Below, piece by piece: positions 1-9,824 of a DNA stretch of 64,000 bases. The translations under genes were made by a program, and so were the position numbers. Below the pieces are notes generated by a model. The model was not told the origin of the DNA, ran no database searches, and was given only the letters and a program-made list of their open reading frames with translations. Source of the stretch: Candidatus Bathyarchaeota archaeon. Lineage in GTDB: Archaea > Thermoproteota > Bathyarchaeia > Bathyarchaeales > Bathycorpusculaceae. The DNA lies in NCBI GenBank assembly GCA_963826715.1, contig CAWGYA010000008.1, positions 416,001 to 480,000 on the forward strand. The letters run 5' to 3'. How positions within the stretch are numbered: the first letter of the stretch is position 1; each line of letters starts with the position of its first letter.

Positions 1-853
1 TGTTGACACCGACCCAGGAATTATCGGCTAGAGGCGAAATTGTTGGGTTTTTGAGAGCTGGTAATTCGGTCAGTAGTGTCTGCAGGTTTTCTTTCTTGAC
101 GTTAACGAATATGTGGATTCTCTTGGAACCGTCCACGACACCTTTGAGCAGGGCAACGATATCGAAGATTTTCTCGCGCTTCTCTGGATCTTCCATCGTC
201 TTTTTGTTAGCAATTAAGACAGCTGCAGACTGAAGTACGGTATCTATGATGCGGAGGTTGTTGGCTTCGATTGTGCTGCCAGTCTCAGTCACGTCCATGA
301 TGCAATCAGAATTTTCTGGTGGTTTAGCTTCTGTTGCGCCAAACGAAAGAAAGATTTTTGCTCGGGAATTATCTCCTTTTTTCCACCACGGAGTAACCAA
401 CATAGGGTCAGCATCTCCGAAGCGTTTCTTGTATTGTGGCTGACTTTTGAGATATTCGGAGGCAATATTGAGGTATTCAGTGCTAACTCTGAAATTCTTA
501 TCTTGTACCCAAATTGATTCCATGAATTCACCAAAGGTGGTACCTTCAGGTACACTATTGGGAACAGCTATAACTAGACGGATTTTGCCGTATTCTAGAT
601 TCTGCAGAATCTCCACATCAGCTCTGTTTTCCCGAACCCAATCTTCGCCCGTGATGCCTATATCCTGAAGACCTTCGTTCACAAACACGGGAATTTCTTG
701 GGGACGTAGAACTTTGAGCTCTATCTGGGGATCGTTTATGTTGGGGCGATATGTTCGATCTGATGCACCGATTTTAAAGCCTGATTTGGAGAAAAATTCG
801 GCTGTTGCTTTTTCCAGGGAGCCTTTTGGGATGGCAAATTTTATTTTATCCAT
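1..853 (-). CDS. hisG: ATP phosphoribosyltransferase (3' end runs off the window; absent from the ORF track)
   Basis: Manual translation from ATG at 853: MDKIKFAIPKGSLEKATAEFF...LKVLRPQEIPVFVNEGLQDIGITGEDWV...LEYGKIRLVIAVP..., later GATEAKPPE and IMDVTETGSTI. All are HisG motifs. Confidence 0.93.
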   Translation of the reverse strand, partial: MDKIKFAIPKGSLEKATAEFFSKSGFKIGASDRTYRPNINDPQIELKVLRPQEIPVFVNEGLQDIGITGEDWVRENRADVEILQNLEYGKIRLVIAVPNSVPEGTTFGEFMESIWVQDKNFRVSTEYLNIASEYLKSQPQYKKRFGDADPMLVTPWWKKGDNSRAKIFLSFGATEAKPPENSDCIMDVTETGSTIEANNLRIIDTVLQSAAVLIANKKTMEDPEKREKIFDIVALLKGVVDGSKRIHIFVNVKKENLQTLLTELPALKNPTISPLADNSWVGVN

Positions 854-1096
854 AAATTTTCACCTAAAGATTTAGAGAGTTGTCTGGGCGATTTTTGTTT
901 TGTACAAACTTTCTGTTGTGACAATGCGTCTAATTTACAATATGTTTTTGTTAAACTTCCAATGAAGGCAATCGCCTTGTATGAACGCAATCCCTCATCA
1001 TATGTCACTAAACGACACCACAACGCCTGTCTCCCATATAAACTATTTCACTAATATTTAACTGTCGAAAAAATCAAGTGCCTAAATAGCAGCGAA

Positions 1097-1657
1097 CTAT
1101 TGAGTTTTTATTTCGAAAACAAGTGGAGGTACCGAATTATGTGTCTCCAAAGCTACCCCAAGTAGCCCTTCCATTATGCCTCTCCAGATTTCGCAATCAG
1201 GAATAAAGGGGGTTTTTAGGAGGAGAAATTTGTCTTTGTGATAGAAATCACCAAAGCCTTGTATCTTAAGCTGATTAAACACGGTTCCCCAGTTCATAGG
1301 TACAGAGGCGTCGACACCAATTGTGGACTGAATTGAAACTTTCAATGCGTTACCCATTCTAGCGCCAACTTCATGCCACTTCTCTTTGGGAATCTGCTGA
1401 GTTAGTATGTTAAGAAGTTCAACGTTGACAAACGCTATACGACTGATTCCGCAGTAGTATTCACCTGGAAACCGCCAATCTTCAATGTTCATGCTGCGAT
1501 AAATGTCAAGCATTTTGGAGATAAGGGGTTTGATACCTGGTTCCTTGCCTTCCGCAATGAGCTTTTCTATAAATTCACGTTCGCTACGCTCCAGAATGAT
1601 GGTAGTACGTTTGATTTCTTCGCACTTTTCTGGAGGCTTGGGCTTACCGTACTGCAT
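1097..1657 (-). CDS. Hypothetical protein, possible ribbon-helix-helix regulator with a V4R-like C-terminal domain
   Basis: 186-aa ORF. N-terminal RTTIILERSEREFIEKL has a strand-helix pattern; the C-terminal G-x-x-M-G...GFGDF pattern resembles V4R/H-NOX-like folds (inference). Confidence 0.5.
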   Translation of the reverse strand: MQYGKPKPPEKCEEIKRTTIILERSEREFIEKLIAEGKEPGIKPLISKMLDIYRSMNIEDWRFPGEYYCGISRIAFVNVELLNILTQQIPKEKWHEVGARMGNALKVSIQSTIGVDASVPMNWGTVFNQLKIQGFGDFYHKDKFLLLKTPFIPDCEIWRGIMEGLLGVALETHNSVPPLVFEIKTQ

Positions 1658-1939
1658 AACATATATTCTTTTAGAAATATGTAATATGTCTTATGTATTC
1701 TGAAAGCATATTCACCATCAAGGTTTCTTCCTTGAAATAATCCATTGCAAAATGCGCCATCCCCCGTATATACACCAATAAAAAACACCAATTACTAGCA
1801 AAACCGAGCAATTTACTCAAATAGTTACAATAAAAAAAATGTTATTTGCCAGGTCTTTTAACTGAGAAATAATTTTTTGGGCGCACATTTCTTGTTAGGA
1901 CAGGAATAGTTAATAAAACAGGGTTTGCCTAATTTGGTC

Positions 1940-1994
1940 GCCGATGAAGAATCTAAAAAGCTGACTTGATGATGCACTCTAGGGTATCTGAGGC
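1940..1994 (+). ncRNA. Candidate box C/D guide sRNA
   Basis: gcc-GATGA (C box, 1943-47), 13 nt, CTGA (D', 1961-64), TGATGA (C', 1967-72), 15 nt, CTGA (D, 1988-91), ggc. It has a terminal stem, is intergenic, and has TTAATA about 30 nt upstream. Confidence 0.65.
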
Positions 1995-2006
1995 AAAATT
2001 TTGGGT

Positions 2007-2267
2007 TTAGGTAATGACTTTTTTGCGAATCAAATAAATAATCATGCCCAAGCCTAATATGAAAAGCACTAAACCGATACCGATGGAAACAAAGTATTCA
2101 AGGTGCAAGATGTTCGCCAGAAGATACGGCACATATGTGGGACCAACAAACACCAAAATCACTGAGAGAAGTGTTAAGGTTATTCTTGTGGATTTAGATT
2201 CCAGTCCACTTACTTCTACATCTTCATTTGTTTGTGTCATAGCGGGCCCCAACTTATTGCTCATCAA
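2007..2267 (-). CDS. Small two-TM membrane protein
   Basis: Two hydrophobic segments and a basic C-terminus; overlaps the end of the PAC2 gene. Confidence 0.6.
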   Translation of the reverse strand: MMSNKLGPAMTQTNEDVEVSGLESKSTRITLTLLSVILVFVGPTYVPYLLANILHLEYFVSIGIGLVLFILGLGMIIYLIRKKVIT

Positions 2268-2958
2268 TTGGATTGTTGTCTACAAAACCTTCTTTTATCT
2301 CTTTTCCTAAAGCCTTCATTAAAAATTTGAAAACCTGAAATCCAGCGCCTCTATCAGCCTTAAAACCCATGGTTGTCCCTAGTAAACTGACGCCGTCAAT
2401 CTTACGTTCCTTCGCTAACGCCAAAGTCAAACCAGTTCCACCGACGATTCTACCTTTGCTGTAGATTACGCCGCCTTTCTCCATGAACTCGGTAGCTAAA
2501 CGCTGAGATGTGGCCGCAATGTAAACCTGCGTTTTATCCTCAGTGATCGGTACCCCACCCATTGTAACTAAGAAGCGGCAGCCTATGGATTCAACAAAAT
2601 CAAGCACTGAATCGCAAACCACATAGTGAGCAACAACATCTTCGAAGGAAGGCTGAATTTCCCCTGTCATAATGATTAAGTTGTTTTTTTCCATTGGAGC
2701 ATAATAGAATTCGTAGCGGGGCAAATTGGAGATTCCCTTAGTGGTTATTGCAATGTAATCGGGGAAGGTCGGTGAATAGAGCTCCGCAAAAGGTTTCGCG
2801 TCACAAAACTTGATGAGTAGGTGAGCCGCAATTCTGCCCACGTTGCCAAATCCGGGTAGCCCCTGAACAAAAATTGGATTATCCAACGGAGGATTTGTAA
2901 GTTTATGCAGATACGGCTTATCCATCGTAACATCCAGCGTTAGAAATATGTTCGACAC
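2254..2958 (-). CDS. PAC2 family (proteasome assembly chaperone-like) protein
   Basis: QGLPGFGNVGRIAAHLL, ELYSPTFP, VTMGG and GRIVGGTGL motifs. Confidence 0.85.
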   Translation of the reverse strand: MSNIFLTLDVTMDKPYLHKLTNPPLDNPIFVQGLPGFGNVGRIAAHLLIKFCDAKPFAELYSPTFPDYIAITTKGISNLPRYEFYYAPMEKNNLIIMTGEIQPSFEDVVAHYVVCDSVLDFVESIGCRFLVTMGGVPITEDKTQVYIAATSQRLATEFMEKGGVIYSKGRIVGGTGLTLALAKERKIDGVSLLGTTMGFKADRGAGFQVFKFLMKALGKEIKEGFVDNNPIDEQ

Positions 2959-3047
2959 TAAAATGCTTTTGCCGCATTGGAAAGTGAAACTATTAATATT
3001 TGACGAGTAAAGTAATAGAATACACCAAAGCGTTTTTTGTGAAACGC

Positions 3048-3123
3048 AGCGGGGTGGGGTAGCCAGGATTAACCCGCTGGGCTCATAACCCAGAGATCAG
3101 TAGTTCAAATCTACTCCCCGCTA
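3048..3123 (+). tRNA. Initiator tRNA-Met (CAT)
   Basis: AGCGGGG...CCCCGCT-A acceptor stem with A1-U72; anticodon arm CTGGG-CTCATAA-CCCAG with three G-C pairs; TTCAAAT T-loop. Confidence 0.96.
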
Positions 3124-3452
3124 CCTATAATTTATCTTATTTCAGACAGTATGCTTTTTCCCCGCTAATGCAAATTTTTTAGAAAATGTCAATCATATTC
3201 CATTAAAATTGTCACATACAAATTGGTTGACACAAATATAGGAGACATAGATCAAACTTGCAGTCGTAGAGTCTAAAAATAGAATGTGATAAGTCAATTG
3301 GCAGCGTCCACGCTCTTTAACAAGAGTTAATTCAAAGGTGGTAAGTGAGTATTCTAACAACTCGAGGTATAGGATTCATTTTCGAAAGGTTATCATTTTT
3401 TTAAACATGAAATTTAAATAGTTTAACCGAATAGAAGAAAACAAGACCCCAA

Positions 3453-4520
3453 ATGGCTACTTTACCCCAGATCTTCCAACAGATTTTCCAAACAAGTCTA
3501 TCTAACGCCGAAATATTAGCGTCTATAGTTATTTTCGCAATCGTAACTTTTGTTGGATGGGGGGTATACGTTGCAATCAGCAAATATTTTTGCAAATGGA
3601 CAAAGAAAACCGAAACAACCCTAGATGACGACATACTCGCCGCCATCAAAATCATCATAATAATCATGGTAGTGATTATAGGCATTGAATATGCTCTTTC
3701 ACCACTTTCGTTCCTCAAACCTTACAACGACACGCTAAACGGAGTCTTCTTAGTCATTCAAATTATGCTGATCGCCTTCGCAATTACCAGGATCTCAAAC
3801 ATCATAATAGACTGGGTTTCTAGGCGAACAACCCACATAGCAGGACAAAACAGCCATCATCTCCTATTTCTGCTTAAGAAAATACTTCAGATAGTGGTTT
3901 TCGTTTTTGCTATCTTGATTATACTTTATGCATTCAAAGTTGACCTAACTGGAGCAATAGTCGGGTTAGGCGTTGGGGGGATTGCAATAGCCTTCGCCCT
4001 ACAAAGCACGCTAAGCGACTTCTTTAGCGCATTCTCCATCTACTTTGATAGACCCTTCGAAATCGGCGATTTTATTGTCGTTGGAGAGTACAGTGGCACT
4101 GTCACTAATATCGGAGTTAAATCCACCCGCGTCAAATTGCTCCAAGGTGAGGAGCTTGTCATTTCAAACCAAGAACTTACAACAGCCAGCGTACGGAACT
4201 TTAGAAAACTAGAAAAAAGACGTGTAACCTTTACCATAGGAGTAACTTACGACACCCCAGTAGAGAAACTCAGAAAAATTCCACCAATCATAAAGAACAT
4301 ATTCGAAAAAGTTGAAGGCGCAAAATTGGATAGGGTTAATTTTACAGAATTCGGCGACTTCAGCCTAAAATTCTTAATAGTCTATTACGTGAACTCAGCT
4401 GATTGGGGAGAATACCTAGAAGTGCAGCAACGCGTTAACTTCTCGATTAAGGAAGCTTTCGAAGTAGAAAACATAGAGATGGCGTTCCCAACAAGTACAA
4501 TCTATGTCAAAAAAGATTAG
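3453..4520 (+). CDS. mscS: Small-conductance mechanosensitive channel (MscS family)
   Basis: GVGGIAIAFALQ, DRPFEIGDFI, GTVTNIGVKST and IEMAFPT motifs. Confidence 0.92.
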   Translation: MATLPQIFQQIFQTSLSNAEILASIVIFAIVTFVGWGVYVAISKYFCKWTKKTETTLDDDILAAIKIIIIIMVVIIGIEYALSPLSFLKPYNDTLNGVFLVIQIMLIAFAITRISNIIIDWVSRRTTHIAGQNSHHLLFLLKKILQIVVFVFAILIILYAFKVDLTGAIVGLGVGGIAIAFALQSTLSDFFSAFSIYFDRPFEIGDFIVVGEYSGTVTNIGVKSTRVKLLQGEELVISNQELTTASVRNFRKLEKRRVTFTIGVTYDTPVEKLRKIPPIIKNIFEKVEGAKLDRVNFTEFGDFSLKFLIVYYVNSADWGEYLEVQQRVNFSIKEAFEVENIEMAFPTSTIYVKKD

Positions 4521-4559
4521 GGAAAAATCCTTTGCGGGGTTTTAACCAAGCATCTATTG

Positions 4560-5723
4560 TCACTTGAAGGCGCCTGCGATTCTTCGACAGGCTTCCACTA
4601 TGCGATCTTTTGGCTGCGTAAAGGTTATTCTTGCGTAACCTTCCCCATGAGTTCCAAACCCAATCCCCGGAGTTATAGCTACTCCTGCATCAAGCAGTTT
4701 AGTGGCGAATTTCATAGAATTACCTTCACAGTTAACCCAAACATAGAATGTGGCTTTGGGCTTATCGCATTTGTAACCTATTTGGTGGAGGGTATCTACG
4801 AGCATATCGCGGCGTTCCTGGAGGATTTGGTTGTTTTTCTTGAGGAATGCCGGGGCTTGGTTATCAGTATAACTATTCAATGCTTTCACAGCGACTTTCT
4901 GTGTGTAAACTGGCGGACCTGAATCAATCTGTGATTTCACCTTAGCTAAACCAGTAATAAGCTGTTTGTTCCCTACGGCAAAACCTATTCGGTCACCAGT
5001 CATGTTAAAGGTCTTGGAGAGCGAATTAAACTCAACTGCCACATCCAAAGCTCCGTCAATTTCCAATATACTAGGGGCACGATAACCATCGTAGGTAATT
5101 TCGGAGTAGGCGTTGTCGTAGCAGAGGATTATTTTATTTTCTTTAGCGAATTCAACTGCTTCTTTTAGGCATTGGTAGTCAACAGTGGCAGCGGTGGGGT
5201 TATTGGGATAATTGATGAACATCATTTTGACATTGTGAGCATCAATGGCTTCAAAGTCAGGGAGGAAATTGTTCTCCTCAAGCAAGGGAAAGGTGACAGG
5301 AGTGCCGTCGCAAAGAATAGCGCTTCCGTTGGCATAGACGGGGTACGCGGGATCAGGTACCAAAACGCGATCGCCGACGTCCACGAAGGCACGGGCGATG
5401 TTCGCGATGCCTTCTTTGGAGCCCAACAGCGCTACCACTTGATCTTGTGCTACGTCTACACCAAAACGGTTCTTGTACCAGGTTGAAACGGCCAAGCGGA
5501 AGTCGGGTTCGCCTTGGCTAAAACTGTAATTGTGGTTTTTTGTATTGGAGGCTTCCTCTTTTAAGGCATCAACTATAAGAGGTGGCGGAGGCAAATCGGG
5601 GTCGCCAATGCTTAATGATATTAGGTCGATGCCTTGAGCTTTCTTTACTTTCTGGATTTTTTCAATTTCAGCAAACAAATACGGTGGTAACCGCTTGATT
5701 CTCTCTGCATACTCAAAAGTCAT
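4560..5723 (-). CDS. dapL: LL-diaminopimelate aminotransferase
   Basis: RLPPYLFAEI, GIDLISLSIGDPD, NYPNNPT, DNAYSE and SLSKTFNMTGDRIG; last gene of the dap operon. Confidence 0.88.
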   Translation of the reverse strand: MTFEYAERIKRLPPYLFAEIEKIQKVKKAQGIDLISLSIGDPDLPPPPLIVDALKEEASNTKNHNYSFSQGEPDFRLAVSTWYKNRFGVDVAQDQVVALLGSKEGIANIARAFVDVGDRVLVPDPAYPVYANGSAILCDGTPVTFPLLEENNFLPDFEAIDAHNVKMMFINYPNNPTAATVDYQCLKEAVEFAKENKIILCYDNAYSEITYDGYRAPSILEIDGALDVAVEFNSLSKTFNMTGDRIGFAVGNKQLITGLAKVKSQIDSGPPVYTQKVAVKALNSYTDNQAPAFLKKNNQILQERRDMLVDTLHQIGYKCDKPKATFYVWVNCEGNSMKFATKLLDAGVAITPGIGFGTHGEGYARITFTQPKDRIVEACRRIAGAFK

Positions 5724-6557
5724 TTATGTCTCCTCGAATAATTCACCTTGATAAACTTTTTCGGCTGCACCATTAAGAAACATGGTTTCGTCAAATTCAA
5801 CCTGTAAATCGCCCCCAAGCACGTGAACAGTGACTTTTCCGTCGACTTTGCCTAACCTATTCGCTGCCGCAACGGCCGCGCATGTTCCCGTACCGCATGC
5901 CAAGGTTTCACCACATCCGCGTTCCCAAACCCTTACCTTAAGCTCACTCAAACCTAGAACCTGGACGAAGACCACGTTAGTTCTTTTGGGGAATGACTCG
6001 TGAATCTCAATCCTTGAACCTACATCATTTACAGGGAATGTTTCTACGTTTTCGACGAAGGTCACGCAATGTGGATTGCCCATTGAGAGGCAAGTAACTT
6101 CGTAAAGTTGACCGTCCACTTTCAAAGACTCGTTTATGGCGGTACCTTCACCCTGCATTGGCAGAGCGCTGCGTTGCCAATTGGGCGCCCCCATTTCAAC
6201 TTTAACGGACGTGACTACCTTGCCATCGAGCGTTAACCTAACAAGCTTAACTCCAGCCAAAGTCTCCACAGAGAATTCAACCTTTGTCACAATGGCGTTT
6301 TCGAAGCAATATTTGCTAAAGCAGCGGATACCGTTGCCGCACATTTCGGCTTCGCTGCCATCTGAGTTAAAAATCTTCATCTTTACATCAGCTATGGCTG
6401 AGTTATAAACTAGAAGCAGCCCGTCAGCTCCAACCGAGAAGCGTCTCTGGCAGAGTTTTTTTGCCAATATCGAAGTCTGGAGATCAGTAATTTTGTAATC
6501 TCTGTTATCAATAACTATATAGTCGTTGCCTAACCCATGCATTTTCCAGAAAAACAT
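5724..6557 (-). CDS. dapF: Diaminopimelate epimerase
   Basis: KMHGLGNDY, EMCGNGIRC, GNPHCV and ERGCGETLACGTG. ATG at 6557 overlaps the lysA stop (TAATG). Confidence 0.96.
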   Translation of the reverse strand: MFFWKMHGLGNDYIVIDNRDYKITDLQTSILAKKLCQRRFSVGADGLLLVYNSAIADVKMKIFNSDGSEAEMCGNGIRCFSKYCFENAIVTKVEFSVETLAGVKLVRLTLDGKVVTSVKVEMGAPNWQRSALPMQGEGTAINESLKVDGQLYEVTCLSMGNPHCVTFVENVETFPVNDVGSRIEIHESFPKRTNVVFVQVLGLSELKVRVWERGCGETLACGTGTCAAVAAANRLGKVDGKVTVHVLGGDLQVEFDETMFLNGAAEKVYQGELFEET

Positions 6558-7846
6558 TAGCACTCACTCTGTATCTTTTGGCTTGCCATCAAATCACCCA
6601 GTTCCTCTCGCTTGCGAACTATTGTGGCTTTACCTTGGCGAATTAATACTTCCGCTGCTCTGGGGCGCGAATTGTATTGGTTACCCATACTGAAACCATA
6701 GGCACCAGCATTTAGAACGGACAGGACATCGCCTTCTTCTATAGTTGGCAACTTACGTTCCTTGGCTAAGGCATCGCCTGACTCGCAGATTGGACCTACT
6801 ACATCGTAAATTTCTTTTTCTGCAGCATTTACCTTGTTTGCAACAAGAATTTGGTGATAGCTATCGTAGATCATCGGACGCGCCAACGTGTTGAAACCTG
6901 CGTCAACGCCAACGAATTTACGACTAGGCGTAACCTTTACAGTGTTAACACTTGTTAAGAGGATGCCTGCATCACCAACGAGGTATCTGCCAGGCTCCAC
7001 GAAAAGAAAAGGCTTACCTAATCCGTACTCTTTGACTTTGCCCTTGAATAGGGAAACAACTTTACTTGAGAATTCAGCTAAATCAAGCTCCTTATCGTCT
7101 GGCTTGTATGGTATACCGAACCCGCCGCCAATGTCAATGAATTCGAAGTCTATCCCGACTTCCTCATGCACCCGCTTCGCAATTTCAAGTAACTTCTCCA
7201 CAGCCAATACATAGGGCGCCGCATCTAAGATACCTGAGCCAATATGCATATGCATGCCGAAGCGTTCAACACGAGCGCGCTGCGCGATGGCATAGGCCTG
7301 AATTACTTCTTCTTCCCAAAGTCCAAACTTAGATTCGGCTCCAGCGGTAATACAGTGACTATGGTGTCCTGCACCGACTTCTGGGTTAACGCGGATTGAG
7401 AGAATATGTGGAACCGAAATTTTTAGAAGACGATCCATTTCGGATTGTGAATCAATGTTTATGGTGATGTTGGCGTCAGCTATCATTTTGAGTTCGTCAT
7501 TACGGACGCTTGTGCCTGTGAAGAGGATACGATCTGGTGTGAAGCCGCTGCTTAACGCCATAAAGACTTCACCAGGGCTTACCGTATCTAGATAGGCCCC
7601 CTGTGAATGAAGTATTCGCAATACTGCGAGGTTGGTGTTTGCCTTGACGGCATAGTAGATGCGCAAATACTTGTAATTGTTGATTAAGGCGGTGTAGAGC
7701 CGATTGTAATTATCGCGAATACGCTTCTCGCTGAGCAAATAAAGGGGTGTATCAAATTTTTTCGCTAATTCGATTGTAGAATACCCATCAAAATAGAGAG
7801 TGCCTTTTCGGTCTTCTAAAGGATCGCGCAATTTTCTCTTAGTCAT
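6557..7846 (-). CDS. lysA: Diaminopimelate decarboxylase
   Basis: YAVKAN, HMHIGS, DIGGG, EPGRY, GPICESGD and GAYG motifs. Start placed at ATG 7846. Confidence 0.96.
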   Translation of the reverse strand: MTKRKLRDPLEDRKGTLYFDGYSTIELAKKFDTPLYLLSEKRIRDNYNRLYTALINNYKYLRIYYAVKANTNLAVLRILHSQGAYLDTVSPGEVFMALSSGFTPDRILFTGTSVRNDELKMIADANITINIDSQSEMDRLLKISVPHILSIRVNPEVGAGHHSHCITAGAESKFGLWEEEVIQAYAIAQRARVERFGMHMHIGSGILDAAPYVLAVEKLLEIAKRVHEEVGIDFEFIDIGGGFGIPYKPDDKELDLAEFSSKVVSLFKGKVKEYGLGKPFLFVEPGRYLVGDAGILLTSVNTVKVTPSRKFVGVDAGFNTLARPMIYDSYHQILVANKVNAAEKEIYDVVGPICESGDALAKERKLPTIEEGDVLSVLNAGAYGFSMGNQYNSRPRAAEVLIRQGKATIVRKREELGDLMASQKIQSEC

Positions 7847-7879
7847 CAGATTCACCAAGTAAATAGATAAGAAAGCTGT

Positions 7880-8938
7880 TTAAGCTAAACCATTAGCTAC
7901 ATACAGCTCTGCGCTGAGGATACCTCCACCTGCAGCGCCCCGTACAGTATTATGTCCAAGGCACATGTACTTGAAAGTCATGATCGGATCTTTACGTATT
8001 CTGCCGACAGTAACGCTCATTCCAAAACCTGCTTCCCTATCGAAACGTGGCTGAGGTCGATTCTTTTCATGACGAATTATTATTGGATTAGCGGGTGCAG
8101 ATGGCAAATTGAGCAGTTGTGGCGGACCCTTGAAGTCTTCGAAAGCAGCCTCAATTTGCTCAAGGGATGGTTCCTGATCCAACTTTACAAATATTGATTC
8201 CAAGTGACCGTCTTTTACGTTAACGCGGTTGCAGCTTGAACTAAGCTTGAAATCAGCTTTCACTATGCCTTTCTCATTGTAAATTCCCAAAATCTTCAGG
8301 GCCTCTGCTTCCATTTTGTCCTCTTCGCCCGAAATAAAGGGAACCACATTATCAATGATGTCAAGCGAAGCAACACCAGGATAACCTGCACCACTTAAAG
8401 CCTGCATTGTAGTGACAATTACTTGTCGAAGACCGAACTGCATGAGCGGCTTCAAGGTAATTGCCATCTGGATAGTGCTGCAATTGGGGTCAGTAGAGAT
8501 AAAGCCTTTCCACCCACGCAATCGCTGCTGAACTTTCACGAGTTCAATGTGATCAGCGTTGATTTCTGGAATAATCAAGGGAACATCTTTTTCCATGCGG
8601 TGAGCGCTAGCTTTGCTGAACACAGGGTACATAGCGCCGAATTCAGCTTCAACTGGACCCGCTAAATCTCCAGGTAATGATGTGAATACTAAGTCAAAGT
8701 CGCCTGTTTTCTCCGCAGAGGTGATATCTATGTTTGCAACTGGCATTTCACCTATTTCTTTAGGCATGTCCGTCTCCATGAGCCAGGTACAGGCATCCTT
8801 GAATTTTTTGCCCGCGCTCCGCTCTGAAGCCGCAAGCACGGATACCTCGAACCAAGGATGACCCTGTAAGAGTTGAATATACCGTTGTCCAACGGCCCCT
8901 GTTGCGCCTAAAATGGCGACTTTACGCTTATTTGACAT
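7880..8938 (-). CDS. asd: Aspartate-semialdehyde dehydrogenase (archaeal type)
   Basis: ILGATGAVGQR, PNCST, QALSGAGYPG and HNTVRGAAGG. Confidence 0.96.
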   Translation of the reverse strand: MSNKRKVAILGATGAVGQRYIQLLQGHPWFEVSVLAASERSAGKKFKDACTWLMETDMPKEIGEMPVANIDITSAEKTGDFDLVFTSLPGDLAGPVEAEFGAMYPVFSKASAHRMEKDVPLIIPEINADHIELVKVQQRLRGWKGFISTDPNCSTIQMAITLKPLMQFGLRQVIVTTMQALSGAGYPGVASLDIIDNVVPFISGEEDKMEAEALKILGIYNEKGIVKADFKLSSSCNRVNVKDGHLESIFVKLDQEPSLEQIEAAFEDFKGPPQLLNLPSAPANPIIIRHEKNRPQPRFDREAGFGMSVTVGRIRKDPIMTFKYMCLGHNTVRGAAGGGILSAELYVANGLA

Positions 8939-9008
8939 TTCACTATTTCTTCCTTTGCAATTTTCTTTTAGTGCTTTCTTAAATAAAAAAGGTAATGGTG
9001 GCTTTCGA

Positions 9009-9824
9009 CTAAGTTAAGCTTAATACATCAACCATATTGTAGATTTTTTGTTCTGTCTGCTTACTAACCCATTCTGCCGCTATAACCGCGCCCTGAGCAA
9101 AAACATCACGTGTGAAGGCAATATGTTCGATTCGCAACATCTCATGAGGTCCAGCCACGATTAAATCATGGATGCCCGCAACACCGCCAGCTCGCATAGT
9201 GGTAACTTCGAGTTCCCCCGGTTGACGAGGACTTGTTCCTTCTCTACCAGAGACAGTTTTGCTGTACCCACGTACAGTGGAGATGATTTCGCTGAGCCTC
9301 TTTGCGGTACCGCTGGGGGCATCTTTTTTGCCTGTGTGGTGGATTTCGCTTATACTGAAATCGAAGCCCATCGGAAAGGCACCAAGGTGCTCCGCGAGTT
9401 TGAAGAGCATGTTAATACCTACGCTATAGTTGGGTGAGAACACCGAGGGTACCTTACCGTCCATTGCGGATATGACTTGATGTTTCTGCTCTGGAGTGAA
9501 ACCTGTAGTGCCTAAAACAATGCGCTTTCCGAGGTTAGCAGCTATAGGAATATTAACCAAATCGGCCTCAGGGGCTGTAAAACTTATGAAGACAGTAGCT
9601 TCCTTAAGTGCATCCTCTAAGTTGTCAGAACTCTGAATCACTGTATCTTGGTTTGTAATACCAAGTTGGCGGAGAGTTTTCCCAATTGCAGGGGTGCCAA
9701 AAGTCGCCATTGACCCCTCCGGAGCTTCAATTGCACCAACTGTTGGTATCCCTTTTGCATTAGCTTCCTGTATTATCGCAACGCCCATTCTGCCTGCTGC
9801 GCCTGCGACGCAGAGCTTAAGCAT
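9009..9824 (-). CDS. dapB: 4-hydroxy-tetrahydrodipicolinate reductase
   Basis: GAAGRMG, GTTGF, PNYSVG and EIHHTGKKDAPSGTA. Confidence 0.96.
   Translation of the reverse strand: MLKLCVAGAAGRMGVAIIQEANAKGIPTVGAIEAPEGSMATFGTPAIGKTLRQLGITNQDTVIQSSDNLEDALKEATVFISFTAPEADLVNIPIAANLGKRIVLGTTGFTPEQKHQVISAMDGKVPSVFSPNYSVGINMLFKLAEHLGAFPMGFDFSISEIHHTGKKDAPSGTAKRLSEIISTVRGYSKTVSGREGTSPRQPGELEVTTMRAGGVAGIHDLIVAGPHEMLRIEHIAFTRDVFAQGAVIAAEWVSKQTEQKIYNMVDVLSLT

Noticed and set aside
3-668. Short ORFs 3-233, 246-443, 289-555 and 447-668
   Set aside because: Antisense or alternative-frame shadows of hisG, which the ORF track missed because its stop lies outside the window.
854-1040. Possible His leader peptide or sRNA upstream of hisG (ORF 841-1023, MMRDCVHTRR..., an ATGATGA box)
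   Set aside because: No His-codon run, no terminator/antiterminator pair, and no matching D box.
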